Part shown: piece by piece, positions 37,892 to 50,699 of the stretch
Position numbering within the stretch: position 1 is the stretch's first letter
Layout: each line of letters opens with the position of its first letter
Source of the DNA: Gnetum montanum
Lineage: Eukaryota; Plantae; Gnetophyta
Assembly: GCA_015680685.1 (NCBI GenBank)
Contig: MNCI01000673.1
Location: 434,253-498,252 of the forward strand
Length of the DNA: 64,000 bases
Direction: 5' to 3'
Program-made: the position numbers and the translations under genes
The notes under the pieces: model-generated
What the model saw: the letters and a program-made list of their open reading frames with translations, nothing else
The model's database searches: none
Told to the model about the DNA's origin: nothing

Positions 37892-39284
37892 TGTAACGAT
37901 GAAAAATGTCGATCGTTGGAAATACTAAACGAAAGTCCACGTACAGAGTTCTAACCCTGGATTCGTGCGAGGACCGTGCTAGAGAGAAAATGAATTCGAG
38001 GTGCCTTGAATGGTCTGGTCAATCAGACAGGGACTTACTTGATCAGTAAAAATTTTTTGTAATATTTGGATAATAAAATGATGGATCTTTACAGGAAGAT
38101 ATGATATTGTTAACTTAGCGGGTAATTGAAAACAACGAAATAGATTTATGACGATTTGCAAGATTCGTATAGATGAGGCACAAGAGATCAGATTTAGAAT
38201 GCAGGCAATCTCGAGATCTGGGATTCACCTCATGAACAAAATATATTGAATATAATTATGACAAGAAAAATTCGATCTGGGTGAAGCACGTGCCAATAAC
38301 AAGAAAACTATTCAAAGATGAAGCAACCAAAGGTCAATCTACCTCATTCTAGTGGTGTACAAGGGAGCCGGTTCGAAGCAGAATGTCTGTCAACCTGCTA
38401 TTCCTAACTGGAGATTCTTGTCAATTGCCTTTGATATTTTTGTGATTACTGATCCTCTATGTTCTCTTGTCAAAAGTTGTCAACAATTATCAATGGAAGG
38501 GAAAAAATCGCTCACAGAGAAAATTTGTTCAATCTTTGGAGAAATATTTTTTGCCCACCCCTTTTTTTTTGGGATTTGTCAACTAGAGCATTTATAAGGT
38601 TAGGGTCAAGAGGAAGACGCAGTTTAGATGATGCATGTCTTGAATTTGAAAAATGTCATTAACTTGAAGTGGTGGTTGTTGAAGCTTGTGGTGCCACACC
38701 ACCTTACGCTCTAATGTGTAACGTGGCGTAAACCGCTCTTGTCGAAGCTCTAGCGACAGGCGATTTCTTGATTATGCTACAATACACTGGAAAGCGTATC
38801 ATGTTGTATGGATTACTGATGCTTGTATTATTTCATTTCTATCTATGCTTGTATTACGCTGCACCCTGCTAAATTACGTTGCACCACGCCAGATTACACT
38901 TCATAGTGTAATTTAGCGTAAAATAGTACACTTATAGAAAATCGAAGTGTTGTTGAAGTTTTTGGGCATTTGCCATCTCTGATGTTATGGCAGATTGCTT
39001 TCTGACATTACGCTACATTACGCCATGTTGCGTAATGCAGCGTAAGATGCCAAAAAGCTAAGGTTCTCGAAACATAAAGAATTTGAAAGGTCGAAAACTT
39101 ACCACTGTGCACCTGTCATTTTGCTCTATCTTCTGGAATTCATTTGTGTTGTGCCGCGCAGTGTGGCAGGACAGGCTTTTAATCTAAAAAGGAACTTGTT
39201 GTGCCATGCCTTATTGCGACCCTTTGCCTGAATCACCAGCATTTTGCTGAACCGCCGAGGCCTCAAATTTTTCACAGTGTTTTA
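37892..39284 (-). repeat. 5' LTR of B (1393 bp)
   Basis: Direct repeat of 21438-22840; terminal CA mutated to TA; followed by TSD GCTAT. Confidence 0.97.
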
Positions 39285-39289
39285 GCTAT

Positions 39290-40860
39290 CACATCATACT
39301 AGACTATAGGAATATCGCTAGGAATATTAAAGAGATTTTGAATGACTTGGCATGTCTACAGTAGTTTATCCTAAATATCTTCATTCTTTGGAGGATTCAT
39401 CAATGTTTTAGCAAGAATTTGAGTATCTTATGCTCCAATGATATCAGTTGATGGCATAATAGGGACATTTAAAGATTCCTTAATGTGGTTAGTCATGACC
39501 TCTATGGCTTCTACTACCTCTTGGTATTGCATGCCCACAACTATGGTATCTTCACTAGTTTAAAGCATAACTTGGAATGATGCAGCATTCCCAAAAAAAT
39601 TTTATGTCTAGTTATCCTCTCCTTTTTCATGAGTGAAACTTGCATACTAGCTGGGTCTATGGGAATGGTGAACCTAATGGAGCTCTTCTGAATATTATAA
39701 ATATTGACTCCTTTTCTTATTTCCTAACATATTATTTCTACAAATAGTTATAGATGGCTCATGGATGGTCTGTAGTCCTCCAATGATGATGGTACTTCTT
39801 CTTATTATTTTTGAAGTTGCTATTCAACTTGTAGTTGGTTACTAGGCCTTACCTATTATTGTTGAATGGTAGAAAACATCTTACCAATAGGAGTGGAACC
39901 TATAACTTCCTTGGTGGTTGCTAGCTTCTCCAGCTAATTTATCTTTGATGGCACCCACTTGAACATTTCTTCATAGGAAGCATTTTGGACCTTCCTTGAG
40001 ATATCATTGGTATGTTCCAAGATTCTAGCTCATGGATATAGCTTCCTGATGAGACAAGGAAATGGAAGTGTTATTTTTCTTACCTTCTTCTCTTCAAACC
40101 ATATTTGAATGCGGAGGAAGAATAGATCGGCAATGTTAACATTTAATTTTCCCATTACAATTGTGCTTCCTCTAGCCACATATGTAGTTATTTAGTTGAG
40201 AATTTTGGTTGAAAATAAGTGATAGGTTCTAATCTTGAAATATGTTTTTTCCTCTATTAAGATCTAGTTGTAGTCCTTGTCATCTTTTCCATATGCCCTC
40301 TATAACCATACCTTCTTGGCATTAGTGTTTGATATAGTAGAAATCTATGTCATATTTGCTCCTTCATTTAGAATATTAAGGGCTTTACCACTTACCTCCA
40401 TAGAGTATGACACATGGAATTATTCAATTTTAATGGTAGCATCAACCTTTTTATTATACCAAAAATAATATGTTTCTCCTAGATATCATTCTCCACTATT
40501 AGAGAAAGTTGGTCATAATGGAGATGCTTGGAGTTTTGTATTCATAGCTTATGAAGAAAATTCCATGAAAGGACCAAATTTCAACTCCATGATGACCATG
40601 GACATGATGGATTTTTCTTGAATTTCTTGGAGGCATTTAGAAGATAATGTGAGATATTTCCCTTGTGGTAGAACTTCTACTTCCCCCTATGAAAAATGCT
40701 TGATAGCAAGAGTTTTTTGGTGAATCCTAAATGTTTGGGCCTCCAACATTGCATGCTCATCTTGTGTAGTTTGCTCCTCTACTTAACCTCTTCCATGACG
40801 TCTTAATTTTTTGCTCACATCCTAGGAAGATCCTTTAGCTTGTGATCTCTTCGAGACCAT
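39290..40860 (-). pseudogene. Athila ORF2 (env-like position) of D; continues at 21432-~21250 after the B insertion
   Basis: ATG at 40860 (MVSKRSQAKGSS); NVNIADLFFLRIQIWFEEKKVRKITLPFPCLIRKL; frame continues across the TSD (..YDV-IA-TNGKLVMVQ..). Confidence 0.75.
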
Positions 40861-41413
40861 CTATAATAAAAAAGGTTTTGAAATTATTGAAGTGGAAAAA
40901 TTAGTTCTTAATAGTTCTTTATCTTCCTCATATCCTTGGCTAGATCAAGTCCTTATCTTATTATGATTATAGAGTTAGAAAAATTTCAAAATGAAATCCT
41001 TAAGTGTCATATCCCTAATAACTATGACCTTTCACAGTTGTTATTTCTTTGCTTATGGTGCTTCAAAATTGTTAGAATGGTTCATTAGAGGAATTCATTA
41101 AGTTATTTGGCCTAGGTTTGATTAGTACATCATGATATCTTTATTGTTTCCTTATACTTACCCTTATATTATCTTCTAAGAATTAAACAAAGTTTGGCTC
41201 AAAGGATTAAATTTCTTAACTTCCATGTAGTGCACCCTTGACAACTATGTTGAGTGTTGCAAGATCAATAGGATTTAAGCATTTCAAAAATCGAAGCTGC
41301 AGGGACAAAGTTATGGCCTTGGAAAGTTAGTATGCAAGAGCTTAGAGAAAAAAATTGCAAAAACTTCTTTTGCTACATATGAGAGGAATGAAAAATTTCA
41401 CTAACTCCCATGC

Positions 41414-41438
41414 ATATATATATATATATATATATATA
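41414..41438. repeat. (AT)n microsatellite
   Basis: About 12 AT units. Confidence 0.95.
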
Positions 41439-43039
41439 ATTTTTGCATGCACAACATTATAGATAATACATTGTAGGGGCTATGATGTCGTAGCTACCAC
41501 ACCACTATGAAAAACTTTCAAATTTTTGTTGAATTTTGAAGGAAAAATGAGTCAATTGGAATTTTTGGAAGATGTGAAGCCTATCCAAAGTGTCTTTGAT
41601 CATTAGTGATGCACTATTTTCAAGAATTTGGCATATAGAGTTCATATGAAAGAAATCTCGAGAAATGAAAGTTTTTCTAAATGGATAGGAGATAACTAGA
41701 TGATATGAAAAGTATTTATTTGATCTTGACGATTTCAAAAGGCATAACATGATGTGGAATTGCATGCCAAGTATGAAACACAAGAGCTACACAAGTGGAC
41801 CCTCCTCCAAGAAGGCTCCATCACTTAGTACCCTTGTATAATCATGCCTAAAAGTGTCCTTAGGTACTCAAGGAGTTAAATGTAAGAAATACCTATTTAG
41901 CAAAATACACATGTTAGTATCCTCATATTGGAAAAATAACATTATATTATACAAAAACATATAGTTATGATTAAATATAAAGTGAGGTGAGATGGACTAT
42001 AAAGGGATTGTTGAAATTGGAATTTGAGGTATCTTACCATAGGCATAATGAATTCCTATCTGTAATCTATGGTTAAAGTAATCATTAGCCCTTCTTTTCA
42101 AGATTCATAACAAGTCCAAACCAATTTCTAGTGACATGGCATTATTATATATCTAATATTAACAACCATAATACTACCATTATTACAAGGAGTATTACCA
42201 CTTGGCATGTTGTTCAAAAGGGGAGTTTATTAATTGCACTTTTTTTCTTCTTTTACTTTTGAGATTCCTAAGAAGGTGCCTATGTTCAAGAATGGGTAAC
42301 ATGTCTTTCTAGTGGGACCTCCAAAAATTTATTTTGTGCATGATTTTTATTTTTTAACCATGTGGACCTTACTAGAGGACTACCTTTAGGCACTGGCAAC
42401 ATGTCTTTCTAGTGACATGATAAGGTAGCAGTTATTGCACTCTTACTCCTATTTTTCATTAGATCTACAAGGATATAATACATCCTTAGTAATAGGATAG
42501 AACTTACAACAATAATCTAAGAGAATCCACAAGTTCCTTTGATGTCACACCCTTGTCATTCCCACTTGGTTCTTCACTCTTCTTTCTACGCATAATAATC
42601 ATATGTTTATTCTAAGTTTTATTATTTGAAGAATATCATTATGGCCATGGTAAGAACATCTTATTATAGGAATGCGTATATGGATATTGTGGTCTTACTA
42701 TATAGGTAATTAGTTCCTTATGATTTGATAATATAGAGAAATATTCACCTTATTGGAACTACATCTTGCTTTATTCAGTTTATTTTAATGAAAATTGACA
42801 AAAATATGTACAAATGAAATGATGGAAAATTATGAAAGATTATAAAAGGCATCAAGGATTGAAAGAACAATAAGAATGAAAAATTATCAAATAATTTTAA
42901 AATATCAAGGCATTTAGAAATTATTAAGAAGTTGAAAAATATAAAAGAATAGGAAAATATATCAAGAAAGTTAAAAATTTAGTAGGTACCTACACATCAT
43001 AGTAGACATCCCCATGATTATGATTAGGATTTGTCAAAT

Positions 43040-46000
43040 AGAAAAGTGAATAGGTAGAGGACATTTGGGCAAGCTAGTTAAAATCCTTAACAGAGTTGGA
43101 ATATTCATGATAATTTTTGACCTATTGGGTGTTTACAAGGATAAGCTTGTGTGGGCTAGAAAAATAGTAAATGTGCATGAAAATAAAGGGATAAGTTATG
43201 TAGATGATGTATGGCCCCTTCCAAAGTGTTTGAAATTTAGTGTTTTTTTAGACATGATTGCGATTATTGTATAAGACCTTATTGTATGGCTATATTAATA
43301 CTTGTATATATGTGCATCATGCCTATTCTTGGAGTAATTCTTGTGGATCTCATTGCTCATAAGTGCTACGAGCCTATTTTCTTCTAATAGATTAAGGTTC
43401 ATTAGTTGCTCTCTATGGGCTAAGCTTAGGTTTAGGTCAAGTTTGTTGGTACTAGCTAGAGTTTGAAGCTCTACCTAGATTGGAATCATGGGTAATTTAC
43501 CATAAACTAGCTCATAGGGTGAATATCTAATGGGTAGTTTTGAAGTTGTTCTATAGGCTCATAGAACATCATATAACTTAGTGCTCCAATCCTTCCTAAA
43601 TATACTAATCATCCTAGTTAATATTCTACTAATTTCATGGTTAATTATTTTTTCTTGACCATTGGCTTGAAAATGATATGGTGTGGTTAGTTTATGGTTC
43701 ACACCAAGATGCTACATGAGCTTCTAAAAAGTAGCATCAGTAAAATGAGGCCCATTATCTAAAATAAGCATTCTTGATACTACAAATTGATTCAATAGAT
43801 TTTGTTGAAAAAATTTAGTAGTTTTTTTGGCTATATAATCTTAAACTGTAGTTGCCTCTACCCACTTTGTGCAATAATCCATGGTCACTAGTATGTAAGC
43901 CTTTCCATTATACATTGGCATGATAGATCCCATGAAGTCAATTTCCTAGATATCAAACAATTATAATGATTGAATTCATTGTTATGAACTTCCATTTCTA
44001 GTCATTTTTTCTCCATCTCTCTAACATCTTTTACAAGATTACGTGTTAAATTGTGAGCATCCTAGAACAATGTAGGCTAGAAGTAGCTTGCCATTATTAG
44101 TTTCAATGTCATCCTCCATCCTTCATAATGGCCACCACATGGACCTTCATGTGTATCTTGTAGGATTCATTCTTGACTGCAGTCTAGTACATACCATTGA
44201 ACAAACATATTGGCACAAATCTTGTAAAGGCTCCCATTTATTTCCCTATATCTCTTAACTTGATGATGAAATTACTCTTTTTATTTCTTTTCCCACTCAA
44301 CAAGAAGCTCTTGTGTGGTTAAATAAGTCATGTAATTGGTGGTGCATGAATTTTCTATTAATTCAATATTTCTTATTATCTTAGTAAATATATTTTCCTC
44401 AGGGAACTAGTCTAACAATGATTCTTCTTGATCATGTGATTTCCATCTAATCCTTGACAAGTGACTAGCTACTAGAATTTCCGTACCCTTCTTATTGATC
44501 ATGATTATGTTGAAGTCCTGTAGAATAACATGTCAATAGATCATCCTAGGACTTACTACTAGTTTGTTCATGAGGAATTGGATTGCACTATGATTACTAT
44601 AGACATAGATTGAATACCCAAGCACATAGTGTTGAAATTTTTCTAGTGCATATAGCACTGCCATAAACGTCTTTTTTCTATGATGGTGTAATTAAGTTGT
44701 GCCTTGGCGATGCCTCTTCTAGCACAATGTATATAGTATGACCTTTTCTAGTCATCTAGCTCTATTAGCATTGAACCTAGTGCATAATTTGAAACATCTA
44801 TCATAATATGAAAAGGCTTAGATAATCAAGAGCTCCAAGGATTGGTATCTTGATTAAATTCTATTTTATGGTCTCAAACATTCTTTTGCATGATTTGGTT
44901 GACTTAAATGATGCATCCTTCTTGGTTAGCTCTACTAATTCTTTTGCAATTTTTGAGAACTTTTCTATAAATCTTCTATAGTATCCTATGTGGCCTAAAA
45001 ATGATCAAATATATTTGATAATTTACAACCTTTGGGTAATGTTTTGTATGAATATGATCTTTTTAGGATCTACCGCTATTCCATTTTTTTGAAATTTTGT
45101 GTCTTGGTACAAGCCAATGCTTGAGCATTAGATGGTTCTTTTGCCAATTGGGATTTATGTTTATTTCTACACATATTTTTAGTACCTACTCTAGACATTC
45201 TAGTGCTTGCTTGAAATCTAGCCCATATGCTAAAAATTCATCCATAAATACTTCAACACCATTGCCTATATGATTTTACAAGATATTGAATACTAGTCTT
45301 TGAAATATTTTTCATGGACTAGTGAATGTTATTTTCTCTTGGTCTTCATGTGCAATATGGAACTGGTTATATCTACTATACCCATCCAAAAAACTATAGT
45401 ACTCATATCCTGCAATAGTATCCAAGACATGGTCAACAATCGATAAAGGATCCTTGAACATTAGAGAATTCAATAATTAGAAGTCAATACATAGTCTTCA
45501 CTTTTCCCCCTTCTTAGGAATAATTACTAAAGGACTGATCCATTCACTATCTATTATGGGATAAATGAATCCTACCTTTAGTAACTTTTCTAATTCCTAC
45601 TTGAGTATTTTCCTGAGCTTTCGATTTGGCCTCCTCTATGGTTGGCATTGTGGTTTCATAACTAGATTTATGTATATCCAACATTGACATATTTGAGGAT
45701 CAATGTTAGTTATCTAATCATAAGACAAGGCAAATGTCTTTGGCCACTTATTGACCACTTATAATAACTTCTTCTTCTATTCCTTGTCTAGGTCTACATT
45801 AATTATGATTGGCTTCTTATTGTATAATAGAACAAATTCTAGTGTTGCCCGTAGGGACTTTAATTCTAATAGTTATTATTCCACTTTGCTTGGAATCTCA
45901 AGCTATACCAATTCTATCTCTTCTTCCTGAGATGAGTGTGGATAGAAGTGCCTTCTTCTTAATTACTCTAACTTATCAGTTTCTTCTATGTAGGCACTTA

Positions 46001-48560
46001 TGATTTGGTTTTTTGGTTCCATGTATATGTTTCATTAAACTTCTCCATTTGTAATCAACCACTGGGTGCCTTCTTGTTGAGTGCTACCACATACAATCAT
46101 CTTTTCACACACATCTCTCCAACACATAATTTGCATGTGATATTATTTTCCTATTTAAATGGACATAATTTCTACACATAATTGCACACGTTATTACTAT
46201 ATGTGATACATGGAAATTTGCATCTTTGAATGATTCTAGCTTCATTTTCCTTGGAATTTTCCAAGGAAAAATGTCTAATAGAAAGCTTAGCATCTATAAT
46301 GTTAAGAGAAGCTCTTTTGATAATAATAGAAAACACTTGCTTGTTTTTACCTGCATGTATAACCAAAAACTTAGTAGGATAGGACTAGCCATTGATAGTA
46401 GTAATTACATCATCCACTTGTCCTAGTGATATTGTGATCAACTGGTTTACAATCTCTAGTTGAATATTACTTTTGTTTGATCATGGTATAGTTTAGGCCT
46501 TATACATATCTTATAATATTAGGTTCACTCTTGACCCAAAATCGAGTAGATCCTTGCACAATTTATGATCTACAATTTGAAGGTATACCAAGGGACTTCC
46601 TAGATCTTTTCATTTCTAAGGAAGTGCTCCTCCCTTAATCCAATGTGTGATGGTTTAGGTTAGCATGAAAGTTGTTAAATTTTCATTGGATGATGATGGA
46701 AGCTTATTTTTTTTTCAAAGAAGTGGATGTGGAGGGAGTGTAAGTAAATATCCTTCTCATCCTTTGAAACTTTTCTACACTTGTTTGGAGGAGTGACCAT
46801 TTCCTAGATTTTTGTTCATGCATGATTGCTTCCTTTTGCATATTAACTACCCTATTTGCATTCATTTGTTGGAGCTATGAAGGTCCTTCTCCCTCCATTG
46901 CAAGTGGTGGCATAGGTGGTAGATGGCTATAAGGTTCACTCAACAAACCAACTGCTTGTTAATGTACGTAAGGATTGGAATTCATCCTTGGAGGTGTTGA
47001 TCAATAGTATTCTAATGGATACTATGTGGAAATATAAACTACTACATTTCTTAGAGATATAAAACATTGAAAATAGGGTCCATAATGGTTTGGTTTCTAA
47101 TATGGGTATTGTTGTCTCAATGGTGACATTGCCAACAATTTATGGTTGCTACAACTATTAATGATACTACTTTTATGGTTGTGGGTAATATCCACTTGGA
47201 TAGTAGACTAGTTGCAAGATCTATTTGTAGTTACCTTGAGAATAAGATAATCATTTTGGAATTTTCTTTTTGATAAATCTTGGATTAAGTTCATATGCTC
47301 CTATTGCTTGGAAATGTACCATTACAAGACAACAATCCTTAGGATGTTCATACTGGAACAATGTACTTCCTTCCTCATCATTTGAGCTTTTATTAGAACA
47401 TTCTACCACTGAAGTAATTTTTTTTTATCTATAGTATTTTTTCTTCTTGCTCTTACTAAAGGCTTGTTCAGTTCTTTCTTCTATGATTTTCAAAGATATA
47501 GTGAATTTCTCATATATCAAATCATACATCTTTTCTACCTTGGTAGCTATGTTAGTAATATACTTTTTGATTGGTAGAGTATTTCTCTATATTACCTCCT
47601 CCAAGGATTCTTCCTCTTACTTATCGCACTCATACATCTTTTCTCCAGATATATGGATCTCTATTATACCCCTTAGCTAATTCTATTTTTTTCAATTCAC
47701 TTTCTTCCTTTGCCACATGGTCAGTTGGTCTCTATGTTTGATGGGAGGTTATTTTAGATAGTCTACCTTGGGAGTAAACCCCAAGGGTTTTCCAAGTTTT
47801 ATTTCTCAACCCATCAACAATATGTCTAAGTTGCTTCCTTTGGAAAAATCCATGGCCTAGGCACTTATGTAGAAGTGAATAGTATCTGCTCATTACTACA
47901 TCAAGGGATTCATGGGTTCCTTGCTTCCAACCTTGGATCCACTTCCTAAGATTAGACACCTGAGAGTAGGTTTTGTATTTATCATTAAAAAGTTCAAGCA
48001 TGGTACTTCCCTTTCTGATTAATGCACATTCTAACCATATGTACCAACTTTCTACCTCTTTTGATGAGTGTCTAAGGGAATAACGTATGTTTCTACCAAT
48101 CACTCTCTATATTCTATAGGGTACAGGCATCATGAAATTCTTGAAGGTGATGTTGTGGATCTATGTTATACCCATATTTAAATGTAGGAATATAATCCAT
48201 ATCTAGTCACTTGATGTGACTATCTCTCACATGCTTGGTTAGGATATATATAACTTCCTTTATGTTGATCATGCTATGAGTAGTTAACAAGGGTTCTTCA
48301 TAATCATAGGATTCACATGCTTATTTGTAGTGAGGTCTCCTTTGATACTCATGTCTCTCTCTTTCTTCCCATCTATCATTATTCCTTCATGATTCATGTT
48401 CTTCATCTTCTTCATCAAGGTATCTTGGATGATAGTCATGTCTATCATGAACCCAACATCTCTACTTATCATGGTCTCTATATCCTTTTTTCCTTTAATT
48501 AGAGTCCATTTATGATTTCTACGAGGTAGAAAAAGTAGATGCACAATGATGTATGCTACT
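43040..48560 (-). pseudogene. pol: gag-pol of D
   Basis: gag DPQHHLQEF; PR LLDFGSRVNL; RT GFIYPIIDSEWISPL, VEVFMDEF; RH PFHIMIDVSNYALG; INT HEGPCGGH, EIDFMG, DYCTKWVEA, DNGPHF; boundaries approximate. Confidence 0.88.
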
Positions 48561-49315
48561 TATCTTTCAATGAATCTGGAACTTATCTCTTTATGATTCG
48601 ACAAAGACCATATGCCTCGAGTTGTGCTTGTGCTTGGAGTCCTTTCCTTCTCTTCTTTGTGTCTCTATGACAACTAAATGTAGTTGCTCTTGGATAAGTT
48701 CTTCTAGATAAATAATAGGTGTTTGTGAATGAGCTTCATGATAATGGTGGAGTTTCTCTACTACAAATGCATCACCATCAAGTTCTTCTATGAAAATAGG
48801 GGAGTTAACCTGCTTCCCCTTGTTATACTCATGTTTGGTCTTCCTAGCAGTGTCTCTTTGCACTTGTGCCTCTATGAATTGGTAGGGTCTAATCATGTGT
48901 TTGATCACATGGTACCCTTCCTGTGCATGATTCAAACTGATTCCCTTAAATCTTTTTAAAGAATTACAGGTGCTGAATGGTCTAGAGGTAAAATGATGTT
49001 TCCTAGTAGGTCTCTCCACCTTATTTTTCCAGCTTGGTGGAAGTTGAATGTGAAATCAAGGTAGTAAGAATCATTGTGAGCATATGAGATTCTTGATTTC
49101 GTAGGCATACTCTAGTCTTCATCATCATTTATTCTATCATTGTCCCTCCATATCTCTTTAGCAAGTGATAGTTTTTCCTTAGTTAAACACATGTTGTAAC
49201 TATGATTCTTAGTTAAGTGCATGTTATTAGAAATATCTAAAGACTATGAAGATTGAATTTATGGTTCTTAATACATTGAACTTTATTAGATCAATTACTT
49301 ATACACATTAACACA

Positions 49316-49333
49316 TCCTTGATAATGATGCCA
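49316..49333 (-). promoter_or_regulatory. PBS of D (decayed tRNA-Asp type)
   Basis: Minus strand TGGCATCATTATCAAGGA, 1 nt from the LTR. Confidence 0.6.
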
Positions 49334-49334
49334 A

Positions 49335-49623
49335 TGATGAGTGGTGGAGCAATTTCAACACTTTACCATACAAGTCATGAGTGCTAGCATATGACCAAAT
49401 CGTAATTCATGGATGGACAATGTAATTATACTAGTAATTGATATTGATTTTGTGATCACTATCTTCCCACTATCTATGTGTATGATTTAACTCATAGTGA
49501 GACGTATGTTAAGTGATGTTGTTAGGCTCATTTTAGTCCTAATCATGAACATAATAGAAATAAAGTAAAATGCTATGTCTAAGTAATGACAAGTATGCAA
49601 GTCTATTTTAACTTATAGTAATG
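49335..49623 (-). repeat. Truncated 5' LTR of D
   Basis: Homologous to 19594-19893; homology stops at ~49623. Confidence 0.85.
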
Positions 49624-49969
49624 TCTAAGTATGCAAGTATGCAACTCCTTATGCATTCAAGCACAAAACATGTATACATTTGAACTCTAATTTTGTAGTA
49701 ATTTAATTATCCATAGTAAAGGTTATGGTTTATTTGTTGTGCATGTTTGTTTCAAAATTAATTTCTGTGCTTTATTTTCAATTTAGTTTTCATTTTTATT
49801 GAAATTATTTAGCTTATTTACAACTCCCTAAGTCCCTAGGTGATCAACAAGATCATCTAGGATGCCTTGGATTCCATTTCTTGGAGGTCCTTGGGATCTA
49901 AGATTAATACTATTCCACTTGAAATTTTTGGTTTTTTTGCATCCAAATTTTTTAGGCACTACAAATTTT

Positions 49970-49987
49970 TGGTGCTAGATGGAGGGC
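49970..49987 (+). promoter_or_regulatory. PBS of C (tRNA-Asn type)
   Basis: ...CTACA AATTTT TGGTGCTAGATGGAGGGC. Confidence 0.8.
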
Positions 49988-50699
49988 CTCCACCCAAGTT
50001 CTTCATCAAATCCTTCTTTACCCCTTTTGGAAAAAATCATTTTCTATGTACAATTCTAAACACACATTTTTACACTAAAATTTCTACCAAGAAATGAACA
50101 CTATTTCCCATTTTCCTACCATCAATAGCCTAGCATATTAGTTGTAGGTGATTTGGATGTTCACATAATTTTCATAGTAGATCTATGATTTTATAAAGAT
50201 AGCATGGTTAGCTATGAAATCTACCATTATTCCTAGCTAAAACCTACATTTATGTGTTCCAAAGGTTAGCATTTCTTAGCTCTAACCACCCAAATACCAT
50301 TGTTCTGAGGCCAACATGGTTTCCCTTGAAACCCCACTGTAGTGTTGGGAAAATAAAATGGTTTACAAATACCTTGTTAAAACCCATGCACATTTTTTAG
50401 GAAGTAGTATCCTTGAAATTATTTTTTTTGGAAAAGATAATTGATTACTTACCTCCTCCCTAGTGCAGCTCTTGTTGGCAAAGCTAGCATATTTAGTTTT
50501 TCCAACATCACCATAGTAACCTGCACTACACTTGTGATTGTAGTTACAACCATCTTCCAACTAAAACTCAATCACACCTTGTGTAATTTCACTTGTTGGA
50601 ATTTTTATTTAATTAATTAGAAAATTATTATATCAAAACAAAAATTTTTAACAATGTATTTTAGCCAGTTCATGATTTTACCCCTTGATTTAATAGACT

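Larger units (their letters stand above)
21438..39284 (-). mobile_element. Element B: full-length (17.8 kb) Tat/Ogre-like Ty3/gypsy retrotransposon with internal antisense cargo gene
   Basis: Paired LTRs, 5-bp TSD GCTAT (21433-21437 and 39285-39289), PBS, PPT, gag-PR, RT-RH-aRH-INT. Confidence 0.97.
19594..49623 (-). mobile_element. Element D: Athila-like Ty3/gypsy retrotransposon, interrupted by B, 5' LTR truncated
   Basis: LTR homology 19594-19893 vs 49335-49623; PBS, gag-pol, ORF2 and PPT in the correct order. Confidence 0.85.
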
